DNA of 64,000 nucleotides from Methanobacteriota archaeon (GCA_963769885.1 CAVYNH010000007.1:352001-416000); one strand, 5' to 3'. Positions 29,684 through 40,117 are shown, numbered from the stretch's first letter. Program-made: numbers and translations. The notes: generated by a model from the sequence alone, not told the origin.

Positions 29684-30840
29684 AGCTCGCCGACCTCCTC
29701 ACACGTCTTCTTCAACACCGGAATAAACTCATCGATAACCTTCTTTGTGATGTGCGGCATGCACACGATCCGGATGCAGGACAGCCGCTCGACCTTGTTC
29801 ACCCGCCACCCCTTCTCCGAGAGCCGTTTGACCAGGGTCGCCGGCTTCTTCACCCGCACCCCCAGCACGTTCATCGTCGGCTCCATCACCAGGCTCAACC
29901 CCAGCCCCGTGATTCGCCGCTGCGCATACCGCGTGACCTCCATGCAGGAGCGCACCACCTCGATGTATCCCTCATGCCCAAGGTACCGCGACACCGCATA
30001 TGCTGCGGCCACCGGCGCCCCGGAGCGGGTCCCCAGGATCCCCGCCTGCCGCTCGCTACTGATATATGGGGACTCCACAGAGATCTCCTTCAACCAGGAG
30101 GACTCCCGAAGCATCAGTGCCCCCAAGGGGATTGTCGAGTACCCCATCTTGTGAGAATCCAGAGAAATCGAACTCACGCCCTGGCACTGGAAATCAAACG
30201 CAGGGACATCATACCCCAACTCACGAAGGAACGGGATGACGAACCCGCCGAAGGCGGCATCCACATGGAGGAACAGGTGCTCATCCGCACACACCTCACC
30301 TAGCTCCTTGATTGGATCGATCGTGCCAAGCTCCGTCGACCCCGCGACCCCAACGACCCCCGCGGTGGTGTTCCGGATATTCTTCTTTAGCCCATGGAGA
30401 TCAAGGGTATATTCCTTGGTCAGCGGCACCTCGACCAGCTTCAGGTTCATCAACGACGCGATCTTCGCAAACGAGAAATGCGCACTCCTCGGAAGGATGA
30501 CCTCCTTCTTCCCGGTCAGCTGCTTCGCCAGCCACATGGCCGTGATGTTCCCCTCGGTCCCACCACTGACGATCAGCCCTGTCCCAGACTTTGGGACATG
30601 CAGCAGCCCGCGGAGGAACACAATGAACCGCTCCTCGATCGCCTTCGTCCCTGGACACAACTCAGGATCCCCAAGGTTCGTCTCAAGAAACCGGATGTAT
30701 GCCTCTCGGGCGATGGGATGCGGTTGCGCGCACATCGACCCCAGGATTCGGCCGCTGGCAAAACTAAAATCACGCTGCTGGAAATCCTCAAGCTCACGCA
30801 AGACCGCTTGATACCACCCGTTCTGCACGCGTTGTCCCAT
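29680..30840 (-). CDS. mfnA: PLP-dependent L-tyrosine/L-aspartate decarboxylase
   Basis: ILGSMC, TNLGDP, SGGTEGN, HVDAAFGGF, DSHK (PLP Lys), GTRSG. Confidence 0.93.
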   Translation of the reverse strand: MGQRVQNGWYQAVLRELEDFQQRDFSFASGRILGSMCAQPHPIAREAYIRFLETNLGDPELCPGTKAIEERFIVFLRGLLHVPKSGTGLIVSGGTEGNITAMWLAKQLTGKKEVILPRSAHFSFAKIASLMNLKLVEVPLTKEYTLDLHGLKKNIRNTTAGVVGVAGSTELGTIDPIKELGEVCADEHLFLHVDAAFGGFVIPFLRELGYDVPAFDFQCQGVSSISLDSHKMGYSTIPLGALMLRESSWLKEISVESPYISSERQAGILGTRSGAPVAAAYAVSRYLGHEGYIEVVRSCMEVTRYAQRRITGLGLSLVMEPTMNVLGVRVKKPATLVKRLSEKGWRVNKVERLSCIRIVCMPHITKKVIDEFIPVLKKTCEEVGEL

Positions 30841-30971
30841 ACCGAAGGAGGGTAATTCACTTCCCCCTCAAAAAAGTTCGCCAAAGAATGATCCCCCATA
30901 TGGGAGGAGCCGGCAGGGCTAAAATAAGGCTTGTACAATAAAATATAAGAACCTCGATTCCTCTTGGGTAC

Positions 30972-31313
30972 ATGATGCCCGCACGAAAGAAGCGATCACC
31001 ACGGGAAAACACCCCGGTTCCCCCAGAACCCATCCTCGAGACACAACAGACACGCCCGACCATCGTAAAGATCATCCCTACCGCTCCTACCCCTGAAAAA
31101 AAGAACCCGAGGATTAAGTTCCCATCCCTCAACATCGTATCAGTGTCTGCCCTGCAGAAGCTTCGCTACCTGGTCGCCCTCATCTTCCTACTCAGCACCC
31201 TGGCCTTTGCCTTGGCCTTCGTCAACTTCCCCATCGCCCTAATCTTCATTCTCATCAGCTACGTCCTTCTCCTGGGACTTCTGTTCAAACTCTTCACGAT
31301 CAAGCATCTATAA
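30972..31313 (+). CDS. Hypothetical membrane protein
   Basis: Pro/Lys-rich N-terminus and two C-terminal TM helices. Confidence 0.7.
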   Translation: MMPARKKRSPRENTPVPPEPILETQQTRPTIVKIIPTAPTPEKKNPRIKFPSLNIVSVSALQKLRYLVALIFLLSTLAFALAFVNFPIALIFILISYVLLLGLLFKLFTIKHL

Positions 31314-31377
31314 AAAATGGACGATATCAAAAATAAAAACCATCACATTTTAATAATGGCTAACGTATGCTTGGTCC

Positions 31378-31713
31378 ATGCAAAAGGAGAACCTGTCGAA
31401 GCCCGAAGAGGTTACCTCTTTTCTTAAACTCCCGGTCTACACCCGCGAAGGACTCTACGTGGGACACGTCAAGAACGTCTTCTTGGAAATCGAGGAAAAA
31501 CGCGTCGGAAGCCTCCTTGTCACCAACACCAACCCGTCCCTCGTCGAAGGTAGCGTCGACATCGCCGTCCCCTACCGCTGGGTCAACTCCGTCGGCGATA
31601 TCATCATCCTCTCAAACTTCCCTGGGAAGATCGTCACCAAGAAAAAAGATAAAGAACCCAGGAAGAAAGAGGGACAACCCGAGGGCGAAGCGAAAATCGA
31701 CCAAATCGAATAA
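31378..31713 (+). CDS. PRC-barrel domain protein (CdpB-like candidate)
   Basis: 'LPVYTREGLYVGHVKNV', 'VPYRWVNSVGDIIIL'. Confidence 0.88.
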   Translation: MQKENLSKPEEVTSFLKLPVYTREGLYVGHVKNVFLEIEEKRVGSLLVTNTNPSLVEGSVDIAVPYRWVNSVGDIIILSNFPGKIVTKKKDKEPRKKEGQPEGEAKIDQIE

Positions 31714-31927
31714 AACACCGCATCTCACCTCATTCAATTCCTCTGTTTTTTCCTTTATATCCTTGATTAAGGGAAAACATTTTTATAGCCACAAAGATAT
31801 TTTATACGATAGATAGATAGAAAAGGAAAAGGATTTGATAGAGGGAAAAAACAAGAATTGTACAACAAACCTTAAATACTCTGAAGGGTAAAATAAACCC
31901 TGAACAAGAAGTAAACCTGGTGGAAAA

Positions 31928-32881
31928 ATGAACCGTCCGAAGACAATCAAAGCAAGCGTCGTGACCGCCATCCTCCTTGGAAGCTTTCTCTTCAGCATCG
32001 CCATGGTCCCCACGACGTCCGCCCTCTTCAACGTCTCCAGCCTCGTCACGGTCCAATGGTCAGGAACTAACGCCTCAAAACCTATTGTCCCCCGAGGAGA
32101 ACTCCGGTCCCTCGAGCTAACTGTCAGCTACCTCACCCAGCGCGGAAACTTCTTCGGCAAAGGACTTGTCGCCGCCTACACCGGCAGACCAGTCACAGTA
32201 GACCTCAGAATCATCAGCACTCCAACATGGTGCTCCGCCAGCATCTCCCAAGGAACCTTCTCATTCACAATTCAAGACTCACTCACCCCACAGACCCAAA
32301 AAACGCCTCTTTCACTTACGATCGACGAGGATGCACCAGCCTTCGGTCTCGGCAGCATCATACTTGAAGCCACCGCCCACAAGGCAGGACTCATCGACGG
32401 ATATACCGCGCAATTCACCCTCGACTTCATCCCCGACTACAAACCACTCATCGATGTCTCCCTCCCCGATACAAACACGAAGGAAATCGGACCGATGGAC
32501 ACTGCCACATTCAGGATTAACATCCAGAACCTAGGGAACGCCGCAACCAAAGTCCTGCTCCAAGTCGTGGACGTCCCCAAGGACTGGACCGCCGTGGTCA
32601 CCAACGAAGTCCTCCTCGCAGAAGGAAGCACGGGTACAGCAACCGGATACCTCGTCATCAAGGCTCCAAAAGGCATCGGCTACCATTACGATGAAAAGAC
32701 CATAACAATATCAGTCCAACCAGTCAAAGCCGACGACACCTCGAAGAAAGGCGACCTGCAATACGTGTCGTTCCTGGTTCAAAGCCGCGGATTCTCAACC
32801 CCTGGATTCGAACCCATCATCTTCATCGGAGCCCTCGGCCTCGTCCTACTCATCTTCAAGGTCACACGGAAAAAGAAATAA
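31928..32881 (+). CDS. Surface protein with two Ig-like domains and a PGF-CTERM archaeosortase signal
   Basis: Signal peptide; C-terminus TPGFE-hydrophobic-TRKKK; strong upstream promoter AAACCTTAAATA. Confidence 0.85.
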   Translation: MNRPKTIKASVVTAILLGSFLFSIAMVPTTSALFNVSSLVTVQWSGTNASKPIVPRGELRSLELTVSYLTQRGNFFGKGLVAAYTGRPVTVDLRIISTPTWCSASISQGTFSFTIQDSLTPQTQKTPLSLTIDEDAPAFGLGSIILEATAHKAGLIDGYTAQFTLDFIPDYKPLIDVSLPDTNTKEIGPMDTATFRINIQNLGNAATKVLLQVVDVPKDWTAVVTNEVLLAEGSTGTATGYLVIKAPKGIGYHYDEKTITISVQPVKADDTSKKGDLQYVSFLVQSRGFSTPGFEPIIFIGALGLVLLIFKVTRKKK

Positions 32882-32918
32882 AAATAATAAATCAATATAA
32901 TAAACGGGGTGGATCAGA

Positions 32919-34439
32919 ATTCACCACCAAAGACTAGCTGCGACCCTACTCGGCCTTCTCATTTTTCTCCCTATCTTTAGCGTAGCCTCTACATCCGCAG
33001 CAGCCGCCGACTCCTCAGGAACCCTCCGGCCCCATTTAATCTCGAATCTCATCTCCTTCATCATAGGAAAACTCACCGCACCCGTAAGCTTCGCAGAGGG
33101 ATTCAGGGTCAACGAGTCAAATATTACTATCGGCTACAATGAAAATACATCCGTGATGGTCGGCACCTACGACATCGAGACCGGTACCATGGGCACCAGC
33201 CCCATCCGATTCTTCCTCAACATGCGCATGATTACCTACGCCGCCGAATTCCCAGACGGCAACCCCGGCAACGCATGGTCTGTCTTCTTTGAACCATCAC
33301 AAAATATCCAAACCGCATCCGGCGGACAAACAATCTCAAAAGCCATCATCACCCTTCGCCCATCCCAAGACCTGACAAAACCAATTCAAAGCACACGGAT
33401 CCGATTTAAAATCTCCGATTCCTGGGCCTTCCAAAACACCCGATGGCCCTGGGCCCACATCATACAAAGCGATACTGTCAATAACAAAACCAAAACAATA
33501 GTTGACAAATTCATGTGGCTCCTAGCCTCCGTCGTCGGCAGATGGGGCAGATACAGCGGCCAAGTCCTCACTGACGAATACAACATCGAAACCGTCGTCA
33601 AAGTCAAACCCTTCCACCTTGTCACCTTCCAAGCACAACTCCTCCAAGACCTCCGACCCAACGAAATCACCAGCCTGCCCATCATCGTCACCAACCGCGG
33701 CAACTACAACGACACCATCGGCTTCCGCGCCGTCACCGCAGGCGGCTTCAGCATCCAGACCACTGGCAACAACACCATCACCCTCGCCCCCGGCGAACAA
33801 GGCAATGCCCTCATCGGCGTCGCCGTCCCCCCCAACCTCCTCGATACCGGCACCCTGCACTCTATCACCATCCAGGCCTACTCCGCCGAACAGCCTAGCA
33901 TCCCCATCGGCGAACAAATCCTCCCCCTCGAAACCCAGGGTATCTTCATCTCCATGGTTACCGGCGCCTCCATCATCGGCATCCTTGCCGTCATCGTCCT
34001 CTTCATCCTACTCCTCTTCCTCCTCCGCCGACGTATCGCCGGCCGCTCCCTCCAAGCCCCACAAAAACCCTGGACCATCCCCGAAGAACAGGAACACCTC
34101 GCAGCACTCAAACGCACCAACAAAGACGCCTACGACAAAGAACGCGCCATGATGAACGACGAATACCGCTCCGCCATGCTCTGGTACGACGACTACAAAA
34201 AAACCATCCGTATCCAACGACGTATCTCAAAAGAGACCAAAGGCCCCAGCAAAATCAGCATCACGAAAAAAATCACCACGCGCTTCACCCGCCTCACCAC
34301 GAGACGACCCAAGAAGGCAAAACCCAAACGCGTCAAGACACCGAGCCCAGAACCCACAACCAACGTCGATACCGAACGGGACCGCACCCTCAGACGCATC
34401 CTCAAGGAACAAAAACGACAGGCCCGCTCCACAAAATAA
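32919..34439 (+). CDS. Single-pass surface protein with Ig-like domain and basic cytoplasmic tail
   Basis: Frame is open from 32904 and encodes a signal peptide (IHHQRLAATLLGLLIFLPIFSVAS) upstream of GTG 33153; 'VTNRGNYNDT' Ig motif; TM followed by a K/R-rich tail. Confidence 0.75.
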   Translation: MHHQRLAATLLGLLIFLPIFSVASTSAAAADSSGTLRPHLISNLISFIIGKLTAPVSFAEGFRVNESNITIGYNENTSVMVGTYDIETGTMGTSPIRFFLNMRMITYAAEFPDGNPGNAWSVFFEPSQNIQTASGGQTISKAIITLRPSQDLTKPIQSTRIRFKISDSWAFQNTRWPWAHIIQSDTVNNKTKTIVDKFMWLLASVVGRWGRYSGQVLTDEYNIETVVKVKPFHLVTFQAQLLQDLRPNEITSLPIIVTNRGNYNDTIGFRAVTAGGFSIQTTGNNTITLAPGEQGNALIGVAVPPNLLDTGTLHSITIQAYSAEQPSIPIGEQILPLETQGIFISMVTGASIIGILAVIVLFILLLFLLRRRIAGRSLQAPQKPWTIPEEQEHLAALKRTNKDAYDKERAMMNDEYRSAMLWYDDYKKTIRIQRRISKETKGPSKISITKKITTRFTRLTTRRPKKAKPKRVKTPSPEPTTNVDTERDRTLRRILKEQKRQARSTK

Positions 34440-34441
34440 CC

Positions 34442-37400
34442 TCACCACGCCTGCTTCCGTTCTTTTCTTAACACGACCAGCATCCCCACACCAGAGACCA
34501 CAAGGGCCCCGAGAAAAAGGATGCAACCAAGCCCCAGCCCCCAGGTAGAGGGGATGTTTTGCAGCCCCTCACCCGGAATTATCGCCTGAAAACCGCCGCT
34601 ACCCATCATCCCCCCCACGCTCACCTCAGACACAACCGAGATGCTCACCAGGACCATGACTAGCACCGCACCCATTACCAGCAACGACGCCAACCACAGC
34701 ACCAAAGCCAGCCTCCAAGCCTTCCTGCAAAGGCAAATTGAACTGACCAACAACCCGCAGCCAACCATGCAGCTGAGTAAAAACACAGTCATCACGAACG
34801 AAAACTGGTCAGGAAGCGATGCCATCTCCCCAGAAAGCACCTGAGGCGATTGCACGGTTGAGACAAGAGATCCTGGCAGGACATAAAGCTGTGACCGGAC
34901 CAGGGTCTCACCCGAAGATCCCAAGATACCCCACCAGGGGTACCAAAAAGAGCCGATGACCAGAGCGATAACTGATCCCGCAATCAGGAACGCCCATCGT
35001 TTTTTCCAATAGCCAATCACTACAGTACCAACTAGGACGCCCAGGCTTCCGATTAGGAAACCGAGAGCACCTGGATCCTGCGCGGAGACAACCACCACTT
35101 CACGGGGACCGACAACCTGAAGCGACCGACTCGCCACAACACCTGACCCTGAAGAAACCTCGAGATGATATCCTCCTGGTGGGAGACTGACATTCAATAC
35201 GTTACTCTTGGATGACTGATTCATCGACTTGCTTCCTCTACTTACTTGAAGCGAAAGACCGGAGAGGGGGAATCCGCGGGCGTCCAGGAATCGGACCTTG
35301 ACATGGTACTCCGCTGGAAAGAGGATCTCGGCTGGGGATGCACTGGGGAGGGAAATGGAGGCATTGACCATGAATGATTGATAGCGGATGCGAAGATCGT
35401 AGGGGGCCGCGGGTAACGCCTGGATCTCGTAGCGACCGGGATTTGTAGGCTGAAGACTGAGATTCTGCCTCAAATACATCTGAGGACTAGATACCTGGGG
35501 ATTCAGGGTGATCTCTGGAGGGAGATGCCAGGTGTCAAGGACCACGATGCGTAAACTAGAAAGATTCGTGGTCACCGTACGGGAGACCAATGCCCTCCCT
35601 ATGCGGGGGAGTCTCAAGCTCTCGTGCGAAAGTAAGAACCCTTTGTACATGACGCTAGAGTTGTACCGTTCATTTCCAGTTGGTACAGAGAGGCTGACTT
35701 TTCCGTCTGAGTCCGTCAATCCCCAAGAGACAGGCGTGTTGTCAGTAGCGAGGCAGACGGTGACCTTCGAGATGCCTTGGTCGTTCTGGTCGAGAACCTG
35801 ATAACGAACGGTAGCAGGTCTTGTGCAACGGACCTTGATCGTGGTATTGGCTTCGAGACTAATGGTGGCGTATCCGATGGCTTGAGTCCGGGTACTTCCG
35901 AACGGATGGTTCCGATAGATTTTGACGAGGTACTCGCCTTGGGGGAGCCGAGGGAAGGTGCTGGTTTTAAGTCTGGAGGTGTTTTGGAGGTCGAGGATTT
36001 CTCTTAGTTTTGTACTGTTCCCTGTGGTTTGTCGCAGAGGGATGTGGACGGCGGCGCCGGAGCAGACGAGGGTCGTGCCCTGATAGACCTCGGTGGTGAT
36101 GTAGCTGTGGTTTTTGCCGCGGAGGATGCTGAGGGCTTCCCCGAAGGGCATGCTGGGGGCATGGGAGACTAGGACTTTGAGGGTGTATAGTGGCTCGGGT
36201 TTCTCCGAGGTCGTTGGTCCTCCGCTGGCAGTGGGAAGGATACTGGCTAAGAGGGGGTAGCAGGCGGCCTCGGTCTCGACCGCGGGGAAGCCGCCGGTTT
36301 GGCTGGTGAAGAACTCAGAGTCGTAGCTGGCGTGGAAGTCGGCGGGGATTTGGAGATCTTGGATCCCGGAGGCGTCCGCGGAGTTGCGGTTGCACTGGAG
36401 GACGGCGATGGTGTTGTGGAAGCCGGGGAGGTTGGGGCTGGTGGACTCGTAGAGGTTAGTCTGGATGCCGTCGTGTTCGTTGTCGCCGTGTTGGAGGACG
36501 TTGGTGGTGGCGAAAAGGAGGGCGTGGGCGGTGCCGTTGGGGCCGTCGTCGAAGCTGGCCCAGGCGGGGGCGTCGAGGTCGATATTGTCGGTGGGGGCGA
36601 AGAGGCGGGTGATGGTGTCGCCGGCGTAGTCGGGGGTGGGGTCGAGGCGGTATTCTTCGCGGCCGGTGGCGGTGTGGAGGTGGGTGTAGGGGTAGAGGCA
36701 GTCGATGGTGAGTTCGGGGAGGGTGCTGCAGTGGATGCCGCCGCATTGGAGTTGGGCGTAGGTGCCGTCAGTGCTGGCGCCGGGGCAGACGGTGCAGTCT
36801 TTCTGGGCGGTGTGGTCGACGTGGGCGCGGATGCGGGTCTGTGGGGTGGTGGTGTGGTAGTAGGTGTAGGTGGCGGTGGTGTGGAGGTTTTGGTCGTGGG
36901 AGGCGCTGGTGATTTGGATGGTGGCGGAGAGGGTGCCGTCGTGGAGGATGGTGTGGGCGGTGGCGTGGTCTGCGGTGGTGGCGAATTGGTCGTTTGCTTC
37001 GTTGTAGTAGTATTTGAATTCGAAGTCGGCGAGCATGTCGGTGGTGGTGGGGAGGACGGTGGTGGCGTTGGGGCGGAGTTTGGTGATGTATTGGGCGGTG
37101 GTGGTGTAAAGGAATTGGCCGGCGTAGGAGATGGCGTAGGTGGAGCGGGTGTCGTCGGTGATGAGGTAGTAGCTGGACTGGACGGCGTAGCCGGGGATGG
37201 GTTCGAGGTAGTAGGTGGAGGTGGTGATGGTGATGTGGTCGGGGTAGGCGGTGGGTGGTGTGGGGTGGTCGTCGTAGTAGACGGCGAGGGTGTCATCTTT
37301 CGAAAGGTCGGTGGGGAGGAGGAAGACGAGGCGGCAGCTGGCGAGCTGGTCGGGGGCGGTGTAGGTGAAGTTGGAGATCTCGGATTCGAGTTCGGTGGGG

Positions 37401-37654
37401 TCGCCGTTGTGGGTGTGGATGACGCGGATGCTGGTGTGGGTCTCATCTTGGGTCCAGCAGGGGTGTTGGAGGGTGAGGCGGAGGTCGATGGGCTGTCCCG
37501 GGGCGCCGGGGGTGGAGAGGCTGAGGGGGAGGGTGAGGTTTTGGCGGTAGGACCAGGCCTGGTTCCACCAGGGGTCCTGGGCGTGTGTTGGCGGGAGGAG
37601 TCCGGGGGCGGTGAGCAGGAGGAGGGTGAGGAGAATGATGGGGGTGGTGCGCAT
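34442..37654 (-). CDS. Large secreted-domain protein (DUF2341-like N-terminus, carboxypeptidase-regulatory-like beta-sandwiches) with C-terminal TM bundle
   Basis: Signal peptide, 'WWNQAWSYRQ.L.L', 'TDSDGKVSL', about 4 C-terminal TM helices. Confidence 0.72.
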   Translation of the reverse strand: MRTTPIILLTLLLLTAPGLLPPTHAQDPWWNQAWSYRQNLTLPLSLSTPGAPGQPIDLRLTLQHPCWTQDETHTSIRVIHTHNGDPTELESEISNFTYTAPDQLASCRLVFLLPTDLSKDDTLAVYYDDHPTPPTAYPDHITITTSTYYLEPIPGYAVQSSYYLITDDTRSTYAISYAGQFLYTTTAQYITKLRPNATTVLPTTTDMLADFEFKYYYNEANDQFATTADHATAHTILHDGTLSATIQITSASHDQNLHTTATYTYYHTTTPQTRIRAHVDHTAQKDCTVCPGASTDGTYAQLQCGGIHCSTLPELTIDCLYPYTHLHTATGREEYRLDPTPDYAGDTITRLFAPTDNIDLDAPAWASFDDGPNGTAHALLFATTNVLQHGDNEHDGIQTNLYESTSPNLPGFHNTIAVLQCNRNSADASGIQDLQIPADFHASYDSEFFTSQTGGFPAVETEAACYPLLASILPTASGGPTTSEKPEPLYTLKVLVSHAPSMPFGEALSILRGKNHSYITTEVYQGTTLVCSGAAVHIPLRQTTGNSTKLREILDLQNTSRLKTSTFPRLPQGEYLVKIYRNHPFGSTRTQAIGYATISLEANTTIKVRCTRPATVRYQVLDQNDQGISKVTVCLATDNTPVSWGLTDSDGKVSLSVPTGNERYNSSVMYKGFLLSHESLRLPRIGRALVSRTVTTNLSSLRIVVLDTWHLPPEITLNPQVSSPQMYLRQNLSLQPTNPGRYEIQALPAAPYDLRIRYQSFMVNASISLPSASPAEILFPAEYHVKVRFLDARGFPLSGLSLQVSRGSKSMNQSSKSNVLNVSLPPGGYHLEVSSGSGVVASRSLQVVGPREVVVVSAQDPGALGFLIGSLGVLVGTVVIGYWKKRWAFLIAGSVIALVIGSFWYPWWGILGSSGETLVRSQLYVLPGSLVSTVQSPQVLSGEMASLPDQFSFVMTVFLLSCMVGCGLLVSSICLCRKAWRLALVLWLASLLVMGAVLVMVLVSISVVSEVSVGGMMGSGGFQAIIPGEGLQNIPSTWGLGLGCILFLGALVVSGVGMLVVLRKERKQAW

Positions 37655-37848
37655 CGGGGTCTGTATTTAGATAATGATGGTCTTATAATATAAAGCTACG
37701 GTCGGTTGGGGGCGTTATTTTCTCCTGTAGTTTGATTTTATTGGTTTCATTTTAGTTTTGAAATCCGCTTCCGTGAAGTCTGGTTTGCTCTGATAGCCCG
37801 CTGGTTCATGGTGCCATCGACATGTTGTGGTATGAATAAGGAAAGGGA

Positions 37849-38712
37849 TTAGGGGTAGCTCGTGGACGTGAGTTCAGCGTGTAGCTCGCCGTTGGGAAGC
37901 GCCACATCGATTTTCACGATATTCCCGGCGACTGGGGCGTAGTAGTACTCGAAATAGTTGCCAATCAGTGAGTCGATTTTATAGGCGCTGAAGGTCCCAG
38001 CGGCGACGGTGACGTCTTCTTTCCCAAATGTGTAAAAGGCCAGAGGCGTCCACGAGTAATGGACGGTCACGGTGAAGGGAATCTGGATGAGCCCAAAAAT
38101 CCCTCCGAAGGTCGAACTCATTGTCAGTGTTAAATCAGGCAGGTTCCAGAATTCAACCGCAGACAATGGGAAATCGAACAAGGGGAAATCGACGGTGAGG
38201 CTGCCTTCTGACACGAGCTTGAATGGGAACGGGAGGTTGAAGGGGAGGGAGTTTATCTTCGTCATCGTGATGCCGACAAGCTGCAACGACACGTGGTGGA
38301 CTTGGAGATCGGATTTCGTCAGCTGGAGTGTTCCTTTCAACCGCGTCAAGGTCGGTTTGAACGACCCGACGAAATGGATGGTTGTCGTCTGCGAGGTGAG
38401 GAGAATATCATAGGTTGCATTTACTTTTCCAGTGAGTGCTAGAGTGTAGTAGTCTCCAGTGGTATTTGTGACCGTCCATGTAAAATCAGCGATATCCCCA
38501 TTCATGTGGATCTGCTGTCCGCCTGAACTGTAATTCACGATAATACTGTGTACCGCATACGTCCAGGTGTCATCTACGTTCCACACAGGAACGTCATCAC
38601 TAAACGTGGTTGCTTTGGAGGATGGATGGATGGTTTGATTCGCAGATACAACTGCTCCTATGCTGCTGAGGCAAAAAACACCAACAACCAATATTGAAAA
38701 GATCTTCTTCAT
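37849..38712 (-). CDS. Secreted beta-rich hypothetical protein
   Basis: MKKIF signal peptide, 'VPVWNVDDTWTY', 'VTVAAGTFSAYKI..YYYAPVAGNIVK'. Confidence 0.78.
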   Translation of the reverse strand: MKKIFSILVVGVFCLSSIGAVVSANQTIHPSSKATTFSDDVPVWNVDDTWTYAVHSIIVNYSSGGQQIHMNGDIADFTWTVTNTTGDYYTLALTGKVNATYDILLTSQTTTIHFVGSFKPTLTRLKGTLQLTKSDLQVHHVSLQLVGITMTKINSLPFNLPFPFKLVSEGSLTVDFPLFDFPLSAVEFWNLPDLTLTMSSTFGGIFGLIQIPFTVTVHYSWTPLAFYTFGKEDVTVAAGTFSAYKIDSLIGNYFEYYYAPVAGNIVKIDVALPNGELHAELTSTSYP

Positions 38713-38826
38713 ATTCCGACTCCCTGGAGGCATATTCCTCAGAATTATTATCTCCTATGTTATTTAAATATTCTTTCACTCCCTGGTGCATCAAGGAAAA
38801 GGAGATCGAAGACTCCATCGGAGTGG

Positions 38827-40059
38827 CTATTCCTGGGGCGTAACGACGATTTTTCCACTTTTAACGACAGTATGAACGTGGTTGACGCCGAAGTGGTAGG
38901 CGAGGTGGAGGTGGCTAGGGCAGTCGAGGACGAGGAGGTCTGCTTGTTTGCCGGGCTCGATGCTGCCAATCCTGGTGTTCTGTCCGATGGCGCAGGCGGC
39001 GTTGTAGGTCGCAGCCATGATCGCCTCCGCCGGCGTCATCCGCATCTGGTAGCAGGCAAGCTGGATGACGAACTGCATGTTCTCGGTGTAGCAGTTGGGG
39101 TTGAGGTCGGTAGCGAGGGCGACAGGGACTCCAAGGGCGATCATCTTCCGCGCCGGGGCGTACTGATATTGCATGAGGCTGAAGGGCGTGCCAGGGAGGA
39201 GGACGCCGATGACTTGGGACAGCGCCATGGCTTTGAGGTTCTTTTCCGAGGACTTGAGCAGATGGTCAGCGCTGATCGCATGCAGCTCCGCAGCGAGGCC
39301 TGCGGCCCCGGTGTTGGCGAGCTCATCCGCATGGAGTTTGGGGCGGAGGCCGAGCTTCATGCCGGCTTGGAGGATATGACGGGATTGCGCGAGAGAGAAA
39401 AACCCGCGGTCGCAGAACACGTCACAAAACCTAGCGAGCGGCGCGACCTTCGGCAACATCTTGTCCACAACAGTGTCAACATACTCCTGGTGACTGAGGT
39501 CTCTTGGGAAGGCATGCGCACCGAGGAACGTCGACACGATATCGACCGGCTGTCGCTTGGCAAGCTCGTACTGAACCTGGAGAATCTTAACCTCGGTGGC
39601 AGTATCGAGCCCATACCCGCTCTTCGCCTCACACGTGGTCGTCCCATACGCAAGCATCCGCGAAAGCCGACCACTCGCTTCCTGTTCGAGCGTCTCGGGC
39701 GAAGCACGCCGGGTCGCGTCAACGGTATACTGAATGCCCCCACCCCCACGCAGGATCTCCTCATAGGTCTTCCCCTTGAGCTTCATGTCGAGCTCGAACT
39801 CACGCGAGCCAGAGAACACCACATGCGTATGCGGATCCACGAACCCAGGTAAGACGGTCTTCCCCGCAGCATCAATGACCTCCCTCGCCATGAAATGAAG
39901 GGTGCGACCGACCTCAACAATCCTCCCCTCATCAATGGCGACCGAGCCGCCAGGCAGAATCGCAAGATGATCCAACTGCTGCCTCGTACGAGGAACCGGC
40001 GCCCCCTGCAACGTCAGCAACTCCCCTGCATTCTTGATGAGAAGGTCCACAGTCTCCAT
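38827..40059 (-). CDS. hutI: Imidazolonepropionase
   Basis: PGFVDPHTH, GGGI..TV, EAKSGYGL, DVFC, KLHADEL, SADHL, ALATDLNP. Confidence 0.96.
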   Translation of the reverse strand: METVDLLIKNAGELLTLQGAPVPRTRQQLDHLAILPGGSVAIDEGRIVEVGRTLHFMAREVIDAAGKTVLPGFVDPHTHVVFSGSREFELDMKLKGKTYEEILRGGGGIQYTVDATRRASPETLEQEASGRLSRMLAYGTTTCEAKSGYGLDTATEVKILQVQYELAKRQPVDIVSTFLGAHAFPRDLSHQEYVDTVVDKMLPKVAPLARFCDVFCDRGFFSLAQSRHILQAGMKLGLRPKLHADELANTGAAGLAAELHAISADHLLKSSEKNLKAMALSQVIGVLLPGTPFSLMQYQYAPARKMIALGVPVALATDLNPNCYTENMQFVIQLACYQMRMTPAEAIMAATYNAACAIGQNTRIGSIEPGKQADLLVLDCPSHLHLAYHFGVNHVHTVVKSGKIVVTPQE

Positions 40060-40117
40060 AACGAACGTCCCAAATCGTTAAATGACGCGGCTTGATTAAG
40101 GTTTAGGTGAGCCCGCC

